A stretch of DNA of 64,000 bases from an uncultured delta proteobacterium (GCA_963771465.1 CAVYTU010000014.1:448001-512000), one strand, 5' to 3'. Shown: positions 41,471-52,995, numbered from the stretch's first letter. Program-made: numbers and translations. Notes: generated from the sequence alone by a model not told the origin.

Positions 41471-42475
41471 ATGATATTGGACCCCGGCTTTTCTCTCACC
41501 CTGCGGCCGATGAAATACCCGGTCTTCTTCGATATGTACAAGACCGCCATCAAAAACAGCTGGACCGTAGAAGAGGTGGACTTCGCCACCGACATCACCG
41601 ATCTCGCCACTCGGATGAGTCCGGCGGAGCGCCACTTGATCCATCGTCTGGTGGCTTTCTTCGCCACCGGCGATTCGATCGTTTCCAACAATCTCGTGCT
41701 CAACCTTTATAAGCACGTCAACTCGCCCGAGGCGCGCGTCTACCTCTCGCGCCAACTTTTCGAAGAAGCGCTGCACGTCGAATTTTATTTGACGCTGTTG
41801 GATACCTACATTGCCGATCTAGGCGAGCGCGCAAAGGCCTTCGCCGCGATCCAAAACATCCCCTCGATCCGCCGAAAAGCCGATTTCTGCTTTCAATGGA
41901 TCGACTCGATTCACCGCATGAATGAAACTCGTACCCAGGAAGATCGCCGCAGTTTCCTGTTAAACCTGATCTGTTTTGCCGCTTGCATCGAAGGTTTATT
42001 TTTCTTCGCCGCCTTCGCTTACGTCTACTTCCTGCGTTCCAAAGGATTGCTTAACGGGCTGGCCGCCGGAACCAACTGGGTCTTCCGCGACGAGAGCGCG
42101 CACATCGCCTTTGCCTTCGAAGTCATCGCCACGATCCGCCGCGAAGAGGCTGAGCTTTTCGATGCCGAACTGGAGCGCCGAGTAGCGCTCATGATGGAAC
42201 AAGCCATCGAGTGCGAGATGAGCTTTGCCGAGGATCTCTTAAGCCAAGGCGTCGCCGGCCTGTCGTTACGGGATATGCGCGCCTATCTCGAATTCATCGC
42301 CGATCAGCGCCTCGCGGCGTTGCGAATGCCGCAGCTCTTCGGCGCGAGAAATCCCTTTTCGTTCATGAATCTGCAAGACGTGCAGGAGCTGACCAACTTC
42401 TTCGAGCGGCGCGCCTCAGCCTATCAGGTCGGCATCAACGGCGCAGGTCGCCTTCGGCGAGGAGTTTTGAATTGA
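41471..42475 (+). CDS. nrdB: Class Ia ribonucleotide reductase beta subunit
   Basis: FATGD, EEALHVEFY (radical Tyr), EGLFF, RDESAH, NFFERR..AY; tail probably frameshifted (alt frame VAFGEEF* ends 42470). Confidence 0.95.
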   Translation: MILDPGFSLTLRPMKYPVFFDMYKTAIKNSWTVEEVDFATDITDLATRMSPAERHLIHRLVAFFATGDSIVSNNLVLNLYKHVNSPEARVYLSRQLFEEALHVEFYLTLLDTYIADLGERAKAFAAIQNIPSIRRKADFCFQWIDSIHRMNETRTQEDRRSFLLNLICFAACIEGLFFFAAFAYVYFLRSKGLLNGLAAGTNWVFRDESAHIAFAFEVIATIRREEAELFDAELERRVALMMEQAIECEMSFAEDLLSQGVAGLSLRDMRAYLEFIADQRLAALRMPQLFGARNPFSFMNLQDVQELTNFFERRASAYQVGINGAGRLRRGVLN

Positions 42476-42517
42476 AGAAAGTCGTGGCGATCTTTCACAG
42501 CATCGCGGAGGTTAATT

Positions 42518-42766
42518 ATGAAAAAATCACACGTCGATCCACGCCGCTGTCCGTTCTGCGGCGACCGTAACGCGTGCGGCGTAGCCGCGGGCGAGAAACA
42601 ATGCTGGTGCTTCTGCCAACCTGTGCCGCAGGGAGTGTTGCAAAGACTTCCGGTGCAAGCGCGCGGCGTCGCTTGCGTGTGCCACGCCTGCGCGACAAGT
42701 CAAAACGCTCTGGAAAGAGCTTTGGGGCGGAAGGCCGAAGTTACTGCGGCACGTTTAAGGTCGTGA
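42518..42766 (+). CDS. Cysteine-rich CWC family protein
   Basis: CPFCG..NAC...CWC...ACVC..C; GGAGG RBS. Confidence 0.8.
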   Translation: MKKSHVDPRRCPFCGDRNACGVAAGEKQCWCFCQPVPQGVLQRLPVQARGVACVCHACATSQNALERALGRKAEVTAARLRS

Positions 42767-42856
42767 AGCTCTGATCGTTCGAATTCGCGGCATTGAAGCA
42801 CGCGAAGACTTGACAGCGATTTTCTCGCGTTATAATTTCCGCCTACATTATTCTTT

Positions 42857-43012
42857 GCTCTAGGGCCACAGGGAAGTCCGGTGTGAAGCCGGCGCGGTCC
42901 CGCCACTGTGATGGCCACGAAAGCCGCAACCCAGCCACTGTCCCGAGCTAATCGCAAGGATGGGAAGGCGCGGCGAGTAGATAAAAGCCTAAGTCAGGAA
43001 ACCTACCTAGAG
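42857..43012 (+). promoter_or_regulatory. Cobalamin riboswitch 2 (tonB)
   Basis: ACAGGGAAGTCCGGTGTGAAGCCGGCGCGGTCCCGCCACTGT...GCCACTG...GGGAAGGC...AAGTCAGGAAACCT; TTGACA (42810) and TATAAT (42831) upstream. Confidence 0.92.
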
Positions 43013-43047
43013 CATTATGACCGGCCTCTCCGGAGAAGAGAGAAAGG

Positions 43048-43879
43048 TTGCTCGATCTTTCCCGTCAATTCTTTTCGAGGCCAGACGCAGCGAATCTCAT
43101 GCGATTGGTCTCATTTTTTGTTATCTCCGTGAGTCTGCACGCCGCGGCACTGGTGTATCCGGTTTCATTTGGTCGTGCGCAGCCAGGAGCAGCCGATCGC
43201 GGTGACGATTCTGCCGATCGGATCGGAAGGCGGCGGCGCAGGCGGTCGACGCGGAAGTGGAAATCCACGGCTCCAGGCGATGAGCAAATCGCGTCGCGAT
43301 ACGCCCGGAGCCGCGAGCCAAGAATCGAACAGAAGTCGCTTACAATCCAGGGCCAGCGAGCATGGCGTATTGAAAGTCATTGCAACCGCCAGTACAGCAT
43401 CGTCGAGGTCTCGGCGATAACAAATTCAGCCGAAACCATCGTGGCGCTGATCTCCGGCTCCAGCAGACAATGATACGAACCGCTTCCACGAAGGCGTTCT
43501 GGCGAGGAACAGGCAACGGTAACGGCTTCGTCGACCGGCACTGGCTTAGGCGGGGCTACGGCAATGGATCAGGTTCATCGCGGAGCGGCAGCGCTGCTCG
43601 ACTCAAGCGCGCTATCGCGAAACGCCCAGGCCGGCATATCCGGACAGCGCTCGCCGCGATGGACGCGAAGGCCGAGTGCTGCTGCGCGTGCTGATCGACG
43701 ATCAAGGCCGGACCAAAGCAGTGGAGATCAACAGCAGCTCAGGCAGCGAAGCGCTCGACCGCGCCGCGGCTGAAGCGATAAAACGCTGGCGCTTTCATCC
43801 GGCCCGCGCTCGGCGACAAGCCGGTGGAAAGTTGGGTGCGCATACCCATCGAGTTTCGCTCGCAGATGTGAGAAATTAG
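43048..43879 (+). pseudogene. TonB-family energy transducer, multiply frameshifted
   Basis: N-terminal TM with SVSLH; C-terminal LLRVLIDDQG...SSG...LDRAA..A..RWRF.PA in different frames. Confidence 0.72.
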
Positions 43880-43924
43880 CGAAACAGTCTTAAGGAGGTC
43901 GAAACCAGGCAAGTCTTATCAACC

Positions 43925-44160
43925 GCAGACGGATGCAAGGGAAAGGGGTGACTCGAAAGGCATGAAGGCAGAGGGCAAAAGGATGAATGAAAATTCATCC
44001 TTTATCGCCTTATCCTTTATCCTTCCCGAAAATCCCCTGCTGCCCCGCAACTGTAAGAGCTACGAAAGCTGCACCGAAGTAGCCACTGTCGGCGCGAGCG
44101 CTGATGGGAAGACGCAGCGAGTAGGTTTGATGCTCAAGCCAGGAGACCTATCCGTTCTGC
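43925..44160 (+). promoter_or_regulatory. Cobalamin riboswitch 3 (btuB) with internal palindromic insertion
   Basis: AAGGGAAAGGGGTG-[~78 nt]-AAATCCCCTGCTGCCCCGCAACTGT...GCCACTG...GGGAAG...AAGCCAGGAGACCT. Confidence 0.85.
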
Positions 44161-44195
44161 CCAAAATTCCCCTTTCGCGGGAGAAGGAGAGTTTC

Positions 44196-46227
44196 ATGAA
44201 AGTTCGGGTTTAATTTTACTGCTCTTGTTGCTCTCTCCGGCAGTCTTACAGAATTCCCAAGACACGCTGCCGCCGGTCGTCGTCTGCATTCGACCCGACT
44301 GCGCGACGTCGAACAGCCGGCGCTGCAAGTTCCCGGCAAAGTCATCGTCGTCACCGCCGAGGAAATTGAAAAGCTCGGCGCCAAGACGGTGCAAGAAGTC
44401 CTGCAATATCAAACCGGCATCGTGCTCTTCGACGCTGTTGGTAACGAGTTTCAGCAGACTGTCGACATGCGCGGATTCAACGCCCAACCGGTGACGGCAA
44501 CCAGCGTCTTCGTCGATGGTGTCCGAGTCAATGAGCCCGATTTTAATACGATTAATTTTGATCTAATACCGATCGAAGACATCGAACGAATCGAGATCCT
44601 ACCGGGCACGGCAACGGTCTTTGGCCGCAACGCACTCGCCGGCGTAATCAATATTACGACCAAGCGCGGGCGCAAGGACAGGCCGCACCTTGGCTTTGGC
44701 ATCGGCGGCGGCAGCTACGGCAGGCAGAGATATTCGTTCAACACGGATGGTCCGCTGCCGATGATCCCCAACTTTGACTATTATTTCGGTGTCACCCGCG
44801 AAATGACCTACGGATTTCGTGAAGAGTTCAATTCGCGCCACGCCGGCGCCGGAATCACGCGCCTGCTGGCGAAACTTGGCTATCGACTTGGCGACTGTAC
44901 CGACGCGAGTATCGCTTACACCCGCGTCCTTGACAGCATCAGCCAAGCCGGTTCGTTGCCGGCTAGCCGGTTACGAGTGGATCGAAATGATAATCTGACA
45001 CCGGGCGATCAATCTCAGAGCAATCTGCACCAAGTCGCACTCAATCTAAAACAGAAACTTCCGGCGGGTTTCTCGGTTGCGCTAAACGGATTTTTTCGGC
45101 GCAACGATCTCGAGCTGTTCACTCGCGGCTTGAGCAGCTGAATCAACCCTAAAGACGGAGACGAGATCCGGCGGCACGACGGTACAGGCGAGCCACGAAG
45201 GAGTCATCCTGTCTAAGAAAAATCTCTTGACCCTCGGCTTCGAGTACGCCCGCAACAACTTCGAAACAGCCAACGCGGGAGTCTTTTTACCCGCCTTCAC
45301 ATTTCAAAACTTACGCTCGACCAAAGAGGATGTCGTCGGTGTCTTTCTCACCGATAGTTTTCATCTATTCGAATCGTTGGTCGTCAACGCGGGCCTGCGT
45401 TACGATTGGGACCAATTAACTTCACCGACAAGATTGATCCGCCCCTCAGCGGCACAAAGACCTACAACCGCGTGAGCCCAAAGGCCGGACTCGTGTATAC
45501 GCCTGTTAAAAATTTGAGCTTCTCGTTTAGTTATTCGGAGGGGGTCCGAATTCCAACGGTCGACGAACTATTCGCGCAGGGACCGTTTGGCTCCAATCCG
45601 GACTTAAAACCCATGACAAGCCGCAATTTCGAGCTTGGCGCCAAAGCGCAGTTGCAAGATTGGCTCGATGCGTCGCTGGCGCTCTTTTACACGCCTGTGC
45701 GTGACGAGATTCTCTTTATCGTCACCGACCCGGATTTGTTTTCTGGACGCAACGAGAATATCGCCCGCACCCTGCGCCGCGGCATTGAACTCTCGCTAAA
45801 AGCCCGCTATCAAAAGTGGCTCGATGCTTTTATCAATTACACCGCCATGAAGGCTACGTTTGAAACCGATGTCTTGCTTTTTTCCGGCCAGGTGAAAAAA
45901 GGGGACGAGCTGCCGCTCGTGCCGCGCCATCGTGTCGGCGTAGGCATCAACACCTACCCCCTCGAAGGCCTAACCGTTTCGCTATTCGGTAATTACGTCG
46001 GCTCGCAATTTATGCAGAGTGACGAGCCCAATCAAGCCAAGAAGGTAAATGACTATTTTGTGCTCAACAGCCGTATCGCCTATCAGTGGAGACAATGGAC
46101 GAGTTACGTCAATTTCAACAATCTGACCAACCGAAAGTATTCGACCTCTGGCATATTGTTCGGCGAACCGTTTCGTGTTCCCGCACCGACGTTTAACGTC
46201 TTCGCCGGTTTGTCATTCCGGTACTAA
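44196..46227 (+). pseudogene. TonB-dependent receptor (BtuB-like), frameshifted
   Basis: TonB box DTLPPVVV, plug IERIEILPG...GVINI.TK, NPDLKP, C-terminal GLSFRY; fragments in several frames; downstream of a B12 riboswitch. Confidence 0.8.
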
Positions 46228-47198
46228 TGAGAGTGTTGTTGCAACTTGCGCGGGATTATCGCGAGGGAACACAGCGCCCGCCGGCTATTCGCCCTTCAAG
46301 CCGTTGTAGCGCTATTGACGCCACGCCGGTTGCTCTAGCCGGCAAACGAATCATCGTTGACGATCTGGGTTTCAAAGTTGAAGTTAACGACCATATCCAG
46401 CGCGTCGTCTCTTTGGTGCCGACGAATTCGGAGATGGTTTGCTTGTTGGATTGCGAGCGACTAAAAGGCGGAACACGGTACGATGAATTTCCCGCAGAGC
46501 TAAAGATGCGCGTGCAGTCCAAACAAATCGAAATCATCGGCGGCGGCTTCGATGCTAATCTGGAAAAGATCGTCCAACTACAACCGGATCTTGTCCTCAC
46601 CAACGGACCGACCCAGCAGCGATTCGCCGTGCCGTTAAAAAACATGGGCTATTCGGTCGTGAGTTTGTGGCCGCGTGACATGGACGGACTCGTAAAAGAC
46701 TTTTTGCTCTTAGGCGAGCTACTTGGACAGGCGCAAAAAGCGCAGAGCGTAGTCCACGATATCCGCGCGCGCTTCCAGGCGATCCAACCAAGGAGAAGAA
46801 TCAGCCGAAGAAGCGCGCCTATTTGCAAATGTGGACTGACCCATTGATTACCGTCGGCAAGGCTTCTTTCACTGACTGGCTGGTTAGCGCTGCCGGCGGC
46901 GTCAATGTTTTTGGCGACATGCCTTTCGACTCGCGGGCAGATTGGCGTGGAATCGATCATCCAGAGAGATCCCGAAGTGCTGATTTTTCTCGCTGAGCAA
47001 GCGCCGTTCGTAAAGACTCTCGCTCGAAGCGTCCCGGCTGGTCGTCGATCCGCGGCGTGCGCGACCGGCCACTTTTGTTTCATCGAAGAACCCGACATCC
47101 GCCGCAGCATCATGTTTATCGATGGACTGGCAAAACTTCACAGTTGCCTGTTTCGCCGAGAAGCAAGCACTCAACGACATTCAACGGAGCCCAATTGA
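46227..47198 (+). pseudogene. Cobalamin/siderophore ABC substrate-binding protein (BtuF-like), frameshifted
   Basis: DDLG..V....RVVSLVP..SE, NLEKIV.LQPDLVL, E.II..DPEV. Confidence 0.75.
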
Positions 47199-48155
47199 AT
47201 CGACACGTTCTTGCGCTGCTTGATCATCGGCTTATCGCTTGTTGGTGTCATCTTGATTGGCGTTGAGCATTGGGCCGGTTCGCGATTTCGCTTTTCGACA
47301 TGTCCGCGACCGACAAAGAGATATTGTTTGACCTGCGCTTGCCGCGCGTCCTTTCGGCATTTTTCGTTGGCGGCGGTTTGGCGCTCGCCGGGGCGATCTT
47401 TCAAGGGCTATTCCGCAATCCCATTGCCGACAGTTATTTGCTCGGCGTCTCCTCGGGAGCGTCGTTGGGCGCGGCGGCGGCGATCGTTCTTAAACTCACC
47501 TCGCCGCTAGCCAATTTCGCCGCGGTGAGCTGCTTCGCGTTTGTCGGATCGCTTGGCGCCCTCGCTCTGGTATTCTATTTCGGCCGGCGCAATGGCGGAT
47601 TCTCAATCTTCCGCCTGCTGCTTTCGGGCTTGGGCGTCGGCCTGTTTCTTTCATCGCTGGTGGCCATCTTCATGCTCATGGCCGGCGAAGAACTCAAGGC
47701 GCTGATTTTTTTCTTTCTCGGCGGCTTTTCCAGTTCGAGTTGGGACACCACCTGGGTATCCATCGCGTGCATTCCCCTCGCCGTTCTGGTCGCCTGTTAT
47801 TTCGCTCCGGAACTTAACGTGCTTCTACTCGGTGAAGAAACCGCGGAGAGCAGCGGCATTCGTACCAGGCGCATTCAATTGCTCTACGCAATTCTCGCCG
47901 CGTTGCTGACGTCGATCTCAGTCTCCGTGGCAGGCTTGATCGGTTTCGTCGGTTTGATCGTGCCGCATATGATCCGTTTAATCTTCTGGCGCCGACCACC
48001 GAACTCTTTTTCCGCTGACGTTTTTTAGCGGCGGGATTTTTCTAATTCTATGCGATGCCGCGGCGCGCACGATCATCGCGCCAGCCGAACTGCCCGTCGG
48101 CATCGTGACATCTTTGGTCGGCGTACCGATCTTTCTCTACCTGATCCGCAGCGAA
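47195..48155 (+). pseudogene. FecCD/BtuC-family ABC permease, frameshifted
   Basis: LRLPR, Q.LFRNP.A...LGVSSGA, G.IGFVGLIVPH; ELPVG downstream in another frame. Confidence 0.8.
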
Positions 48156-48177
48156 ACGGGTGACTACGGCCTTTAGC

Positions 48178-48989
48178 ATGCAATCGCCAATCGCCATCGA
48201 AAGCCACGGCGTTTCATTCAGTTACGAGAACAAATCGGTTCTGACCGATATCACGTTCGCCATCGGCGCAGGCGAACGGGTCGCACTGCTCGGTCCCAAT
48301 GGCTCAGGCAAAACCACGCTGCTGAAAATCCTCCTCGGCTTGCTGCGCGCCGAGGACCGGTTCAGTATACTCTCGGCGCCAAACCTCTATCGTCTTACGG
48401 ACCGAAACAACGCGCGCAACAAATCGCCTATGTGTCGCAGCAACCGCAGTTAAGTTTCCCGCTCACGGCGTTTGAATTGGTCTCTCTAGGGCGATATCCG
48501 CATAGCCCGCGCGGCGGATTATCGAGTGCGGACACGCTGGCGGTGAAAACAGCCCTGAGTCGCACCGACGCCGAGAATTTAAGCCAACGCAATTTCAATA
48601 GTCTAAGCGGCGGTGAGAAGCAGAAGGTATTGATTGCTCGCGCGTTAGCGCAAAGCGCGCGGATTCTCTTGCTCGACGAACCGACTCTACACCTGGACCT
48701 TTACTATCAACTACAAATTCTCTCGGGGTTAAAACGACTCTGCGTTGAAGAAGGAATCACGGTCGTCACCGTTCTCCATGATGTCAATCTGGTTTCGCTG
48801 TTCGCCGACAAAGCGCTGCTGCTGAGCGACGGTGTCGTGCGTGGCTTCGGTCCGGTGGCGCAGGTCGTCAATGAAGCGAGTATCAGAAATCTTCTGGGTG
48901 TCGATATGACCGAGATCACTGGAAATGATTCGCAAACGCGCTACTTCGTGCCGCGCGAGCTTTTCGATGCAAAACCAAGTCGTAGCTGA
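48178..48989 (+). pseudogene. ABC ATPase (BtuD/FecE-like), frameshifted
   Basis: GPNGSGKTT, then LSGGEKQ and LLLDEPT in a second frame. Confidence 0.82.
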
Positions 48990-49043
48990 CCGTCTTTTCA
49001 GTCCGCGCCGCCGCGATGTGAAATCCCACCCGTGGGCAAAAGC

Positions 49044-50565
49044 ATGAGCGCCAAGACGTTAATGGTTCAGGGTACCGGTTCATCGGTCGGAAAAAGTATT
49101 CTGGTCACGGCGTTGTGCCGGATCTTCAAACAGCAGGGGCTAAGAGTCGCGCCGTTCAAAGCGCAAAACATGTCGCTCAACTCCTTCGTCACGGCAGGTG
49201 GTGGCGAAATCGGCCGGGCGCAAGTTGTCCAAGCCGAGGCAGCGGGGATCGCACCGACGGTCGAGATGAACCCGGTATTGCTTAAACCGGAAAGTGATAA
49301 TCATGCACAGATTATCGTCCGACGGGACACCTAGGACACGAATATCAGCGGCGCACTTTCCCCAGCTCAAGGCCGAACTGTGGAGCGCGATTACGGAATC
49401 CCTCGACCAACTGCGCCAAGTCTACGATATCGTCGTCATCGAAGGCGCCGGCAGTCCTGCCGAGATCAATCTCAAGGATCGCGATCTGGTGAACATGAAA
49501 GTCGCGCTTTACTGTAACTCTCCCGTGTTGCTGGCGGCCGACATCGACCGTGGCGGTATCTTTGCGGCGCTGGTGGGAACCATGGAACTGCTCGAAGCGA
49601 AGGAGAAAGAGCGGGTCAAAGCGTTCATCGTCAACAAATTTCGCGGCGATGTCGCATTACTCAAACCGGGATTGGAATGGCTTGAAGCGCGAACCCGAGT
49701 ACCGGTCGCCGGCGTGGTACCGTATTACCACGATATTTATATCGCCGAGGAAGACTCCATGGCGTTAGAAAAGCGCCAAGCGATGAAAAATCGCCATGAC
49801 TTCGACCTCGATATCGCCGTCATCGCTCTGCCCCATATCGCCAATTTTGACGAGTTCGATCCCGTAGAACGTGAACCCCGCGTTCGGCTGCGTTATGTCG
49901 AAGCCGGCGACGATCTCGGCGCACCGGATTTGATCATTCTCCCTGGCAGCAAAGCAACCGTGGCCGATCTCAACTATCTTCGCAGGTGCAGCCGAGAACA
50001 AGAAATTATCGCTGCGGTTTCAACCGGCATACCCATCATCGGCATTTGCGGCGGCTACCAGATGCTCGGCACTGCCATCCGCGATCCGCAGCACATCGAA
50101 TCAACCAACGAGTTAACTGCCGGCATGGGACTCTTGCCGTTGACCACACACTTTGGAGCGGTGAAATCCACCCATCAAGTCAAAGCCCGCGCATCGGCTG
50201 GGTTTGGTCTGCTTGCCAAAGCGAAGGATGTGACCCTTTCCGGCTATGAAATTCACATGGGACACACAGACGGAAACATCGCGACCCGACCGTTCCTGAT
50301 CGAGCAGCGCTCCCAGGAATTGTGTTCTGACGGCGATGGCTCGCTGAGTGCCGATGGCAACGTCGTTGGCACTTACATCCACGGTCTGTTTCACAACGAC
50401 GCTTTGCGCCGGGCGATATTGCATGAACTCGCCGAACGAAAAGGCAAGACGCTCGCGGCAAGCCCGGCTAAATTTTCCGCCGACGAGCAATACGACCGAC
50501 TCGCCGCTCACGTGCGCGATAATCTAAATATGGAGCTGATCCAGCGCATCCTCGATCAGCGTTGA
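49044..50565 (+). CDS. cobQ: Cobyric acid synthase (frameshift near 49320)
   Basis: [48 protein letters not shown]. Confidence 0.9.
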
Positions 50566-50567
50566 GC

Positions 50568-51719
50568 TCAGCGATTCGCTTTTCGATACCCCAGCGCATC
50601 CTGAGCGATGATCATCTTTTGCACGTTCGAGGAGCCTTCGACGATCTGGTAGGACTTGGCGTCGCGGTAGTAACGTTCGACCGGGAACTCTGTCGAATAA
50701 CCGTACGCGCCGAGGATTTTCATCGCCGCGTCAGCCGCGAAGTTGGCCGCTTCCGCGGCGCAATACTTACCGATAGACGTTTCTAAGTTGTTGAGCTTCT
50801 TTTGATCCGCGAGCCACGCCGCGCGGTAGACCAGCAAGCGCGCCGCTTCTTCATGGGCGATCATCTGCGCGATCAGGTCTTGGTTCATCTGAAACTCGCC
50901 GATCTTCTGGCCAAATTGGGCGCGCTGATTGCAATAACTCACTGCCGCTTCTTTCGCCGCCCGCGCCACACCCAGCGCGCCGGCGGCGCAGTTGAGCCGC
51001 GTCTGATTGAGTTGCCACATGCAGATCTTGAATCCGTCGCCTTCTTCGCCGAGACGATTGGCGACTGGAATTGGGAAATTGTCGAAAGTTAGTTCGCCGA
51101 GCGGCGAACAATGCGCGCCCATGGTTTCGAGCGTCCGGCGCGTCAATCCTGGTTGGCTCCAGTCAGCGAAGAATGCGCTCATGCCGCGATGTCTTTGCGT
51201 GCGGTCGGTATAAGCATAAACCAACCCGCCATTGGTTACCGGACCGTTGGATATCCACAGCTTGCCGCCGTTGAGCAAGTACTGCTCGCCGCTTTTCGTC
51301 GCTGTCGTCCGCATCGCCGCCACATCCGAGCCGGCGTCCGATTCCGTAATCGCGAAGCAGCCGATAGTCTCTCCCGAAACTAACCCTGGAATGAATTTCT
51401 TTTTCTGTTCCTCGCTGCCAAATTGCAGCACGGTCACCGCCGGACCGATCTGCATATTGATCGCCACCCGCATGGCGCTGTGCACCCGCGCGATCTCCTC
51501 GGTGATCAGCACCATGGCGAGAAAGCCGAGACCGTTGCCTCCGTAAGCTTCAGGAATCATCGTGCCGTAGAAACCGAGATCGCCCATCTTGCGAACGAGA
51601 TCGCCGCGAAAGTTCTGTTCCTTATCGTCCTTGGCCGCCGTCGGTGCGATTTCTTTCTCAGCGAATTCGCGAGCCAAGTCGCGCACGGCAATTAATTCAT
51701 CAGACAGTTCGAAATCCAT
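50568..51719 (-). CDS. Acyl-CoA dehydrogenase (glutaryl-CoA dehydrogenase-like)
   Basis: Start MDFELS after GGAGG; FAITESDAGSD, R.QFG, G.YGYS.E.PVERYYRDAK..I.EG. Confidence 0.9.
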   Translation of the reverse strand: MDFELSDELIAVRDLAREFAEKEIAPTAAKDDKEQNFRGDLVRKMGDLGFYGTMIPEAYGGNGLGFLAMVLITEEIARVHSAMRVAINMQIGPAVTVLQFGSEEQKKKFIPGLVSGETIGCFAITESDAGSDVAAMRTTATKSGEQYLLNGGKLWISNGPVTNGGLVYAYTDRTQRHRGMSAFFADWSQPGLTRRTLETMGAHCSPLGELTFDNFPIPVANRLGEEGDGFKICMWQLNQTRLNCAAGALGVARAAKEAAVSYCNQRAQFGQKIGEFQMNQDLIAQMIAHEEAARLLVYRAAWLADQKKLNNLETSIGKYCAAEAANFAADAAMKILGAYGYSTEFPVERYYRDAKSYQIVEGSSNVQKMIIAQDALGYRKANR

Positions 51720-51728
51720 CGGTCCTCC

Positions 51729-51815
51729 TTGTCTGTTGCCTATCACCTGTTGCCTAGAACCGGTTTCTTCCCTCTTTTTTGCCGACACCTGACCTCTGAC
51801 TTCCGACCTCTGTCA
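51729..51815. repeat. Intergenic 7-bp degenerate tandem repeats
   Basis: tgtctgt tgcctat cacctgt tgcctag and cacct gacctct gacttcc gacctct. Confidence 0.6.
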
Positions 51816-51843
51816 GAGGACTGAGCAAACATTCCGGCCGAAC

Positions 51844-52983
51844 CTATTTCAGCAAACCCCGCGCGATGATGAGCTTCTGAATCTCCGACGTGCCCTCGTA
51901 AATGCGCAACGCGCGCACGTCACGATAGAGCCGCTCCATGATGCTGCCGGCGACGAGACCGCTGCCGCCGTGAATCTGCAGCGCTTGATCGACAATGCGC
52001 TGCGCCGCTTCGGTGGCGTAAAACTTCGCCATCGACGATTTCTGTTTGGCATCCCCATTGCCACAGTCATGCGCCCACGCCGCTTGGTAAACCAACAGCC
52101 GCGCTGCTTCCAACTCAGTGGCCATCTCGGCGAGCTTGAATTCTATCCCCTGGAACTCCGCGATCGCCCGGCCAAATTGCTTGCGCGCCTTACTGTAGCG
52201 AATCGCTTCTTGCAAAGCCCGCTGGGCAAAACCGACGGCAGCCGCACCGACGCTGCAGCGTAAAAGATCGAGCGTCTCCAGAGCGATCTTCAAACCGTCG
52301 CCCTCAACCCCCAATAGCGCGGCTTCAGGTAATATGCAGTCAATGAATTCGAGCACGCCGATCGGATGGGGCGAAAGCAGCTTGGTTTTTTCCTTTACGG
52401 CGAAGCCTGGCGTGTTTGCGTCAACGATGAACGCGCTCACGCCCTTAGCTTTTTTCTCCGGCGCCGTCGACGCGAAAACAACGTAAAAATCCGCGATTCC
52501 CGCATTGGAGATGAATCGCTTGGTACCGTTCAAAACGAATTGTTCACCATGGCGCGCTGCCGTCGTTTGTAACGAAGCGACGTCGGAACCAGCCTCCGGC
52601 TCGGTAATCGCGAAGGCCGCAATCGCTGCGCCGTTGGCAACTCGCGGCAGATAGTTTTGTTTTTGTGCTGCGCTGCCCGCCAGCGTGATCGGATAACTGC
52701 CCAGCGCTTGCAGCGCGAACATAGTATCGGCGAGAGCGTCCCCGCGCGCCAGCTCCTCGCGGAGAATGCACAGATCGCGCGCCTCGACTTGCTCGCGAAC
52801 ACCGCCGAACTGCCGGGGTACGGCGCGCTTCAAGAATTCTGCCGCGCCGAGCTGCTTAAGTAATTCGCGCGCGCGCTGCTCAATATCACCTTCGCTGTCA
52901 TGACCAGCGAATAAGTTGTTTTCCGCCCACAGCCTGACTTGTTCTTGGAGCGCTGAATGATCTTGGGTGAAGAAAGGCAACAT
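51844..52983 (-). CDS. Acyl-CoA dehydrogenase
   Basis: AFAITEPEAGSD, RKQFG, QIHGG.G, YRDVRALRIYEG. Confidence 0.92.
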   Translation of the reverse strand: MLPFFTQDHSALQEQVRLWAENNLFAGHDSEGDIEQRARELLKQLGAAEFLKRAVPRQFGGVREQVEARDLCILREELARGDALADTMFALQALGSYPITLAGSAAQKQNYLPRVANGAAIAAFAITEPEAGSDVASLQTTAARHGEQFVLNGTKRFISNAGIADFYVVFASTAPEKKAKGVSAFIVDANTPGFAVKEKTKLLSPHPIGVLEFIDCILPEAALLGVEGDGLKIALETLDLLRCSVGAAAVGFAQRALQEAIRYSKARKQFGRAIAEFQGIEFKLAEMATELEAARLLVYQAAWAHDCGNGDAKQKSSMAKFYATEAAQRIVDQALQIHGGSGLVAGSIMERLYRDVRALRIYEGTSEIQKLIIARGLLK

Positions 52984-52995
52984 GATTGTAGAAAA

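Noticed and set aside
44196-49400. Programmed frameshifting or alternative genetic code in the B12 uptake operon
   Set aside because: Breaks are numerous, show no shared slippery motif, and are indels rather than in-frame stops; core genes read normally
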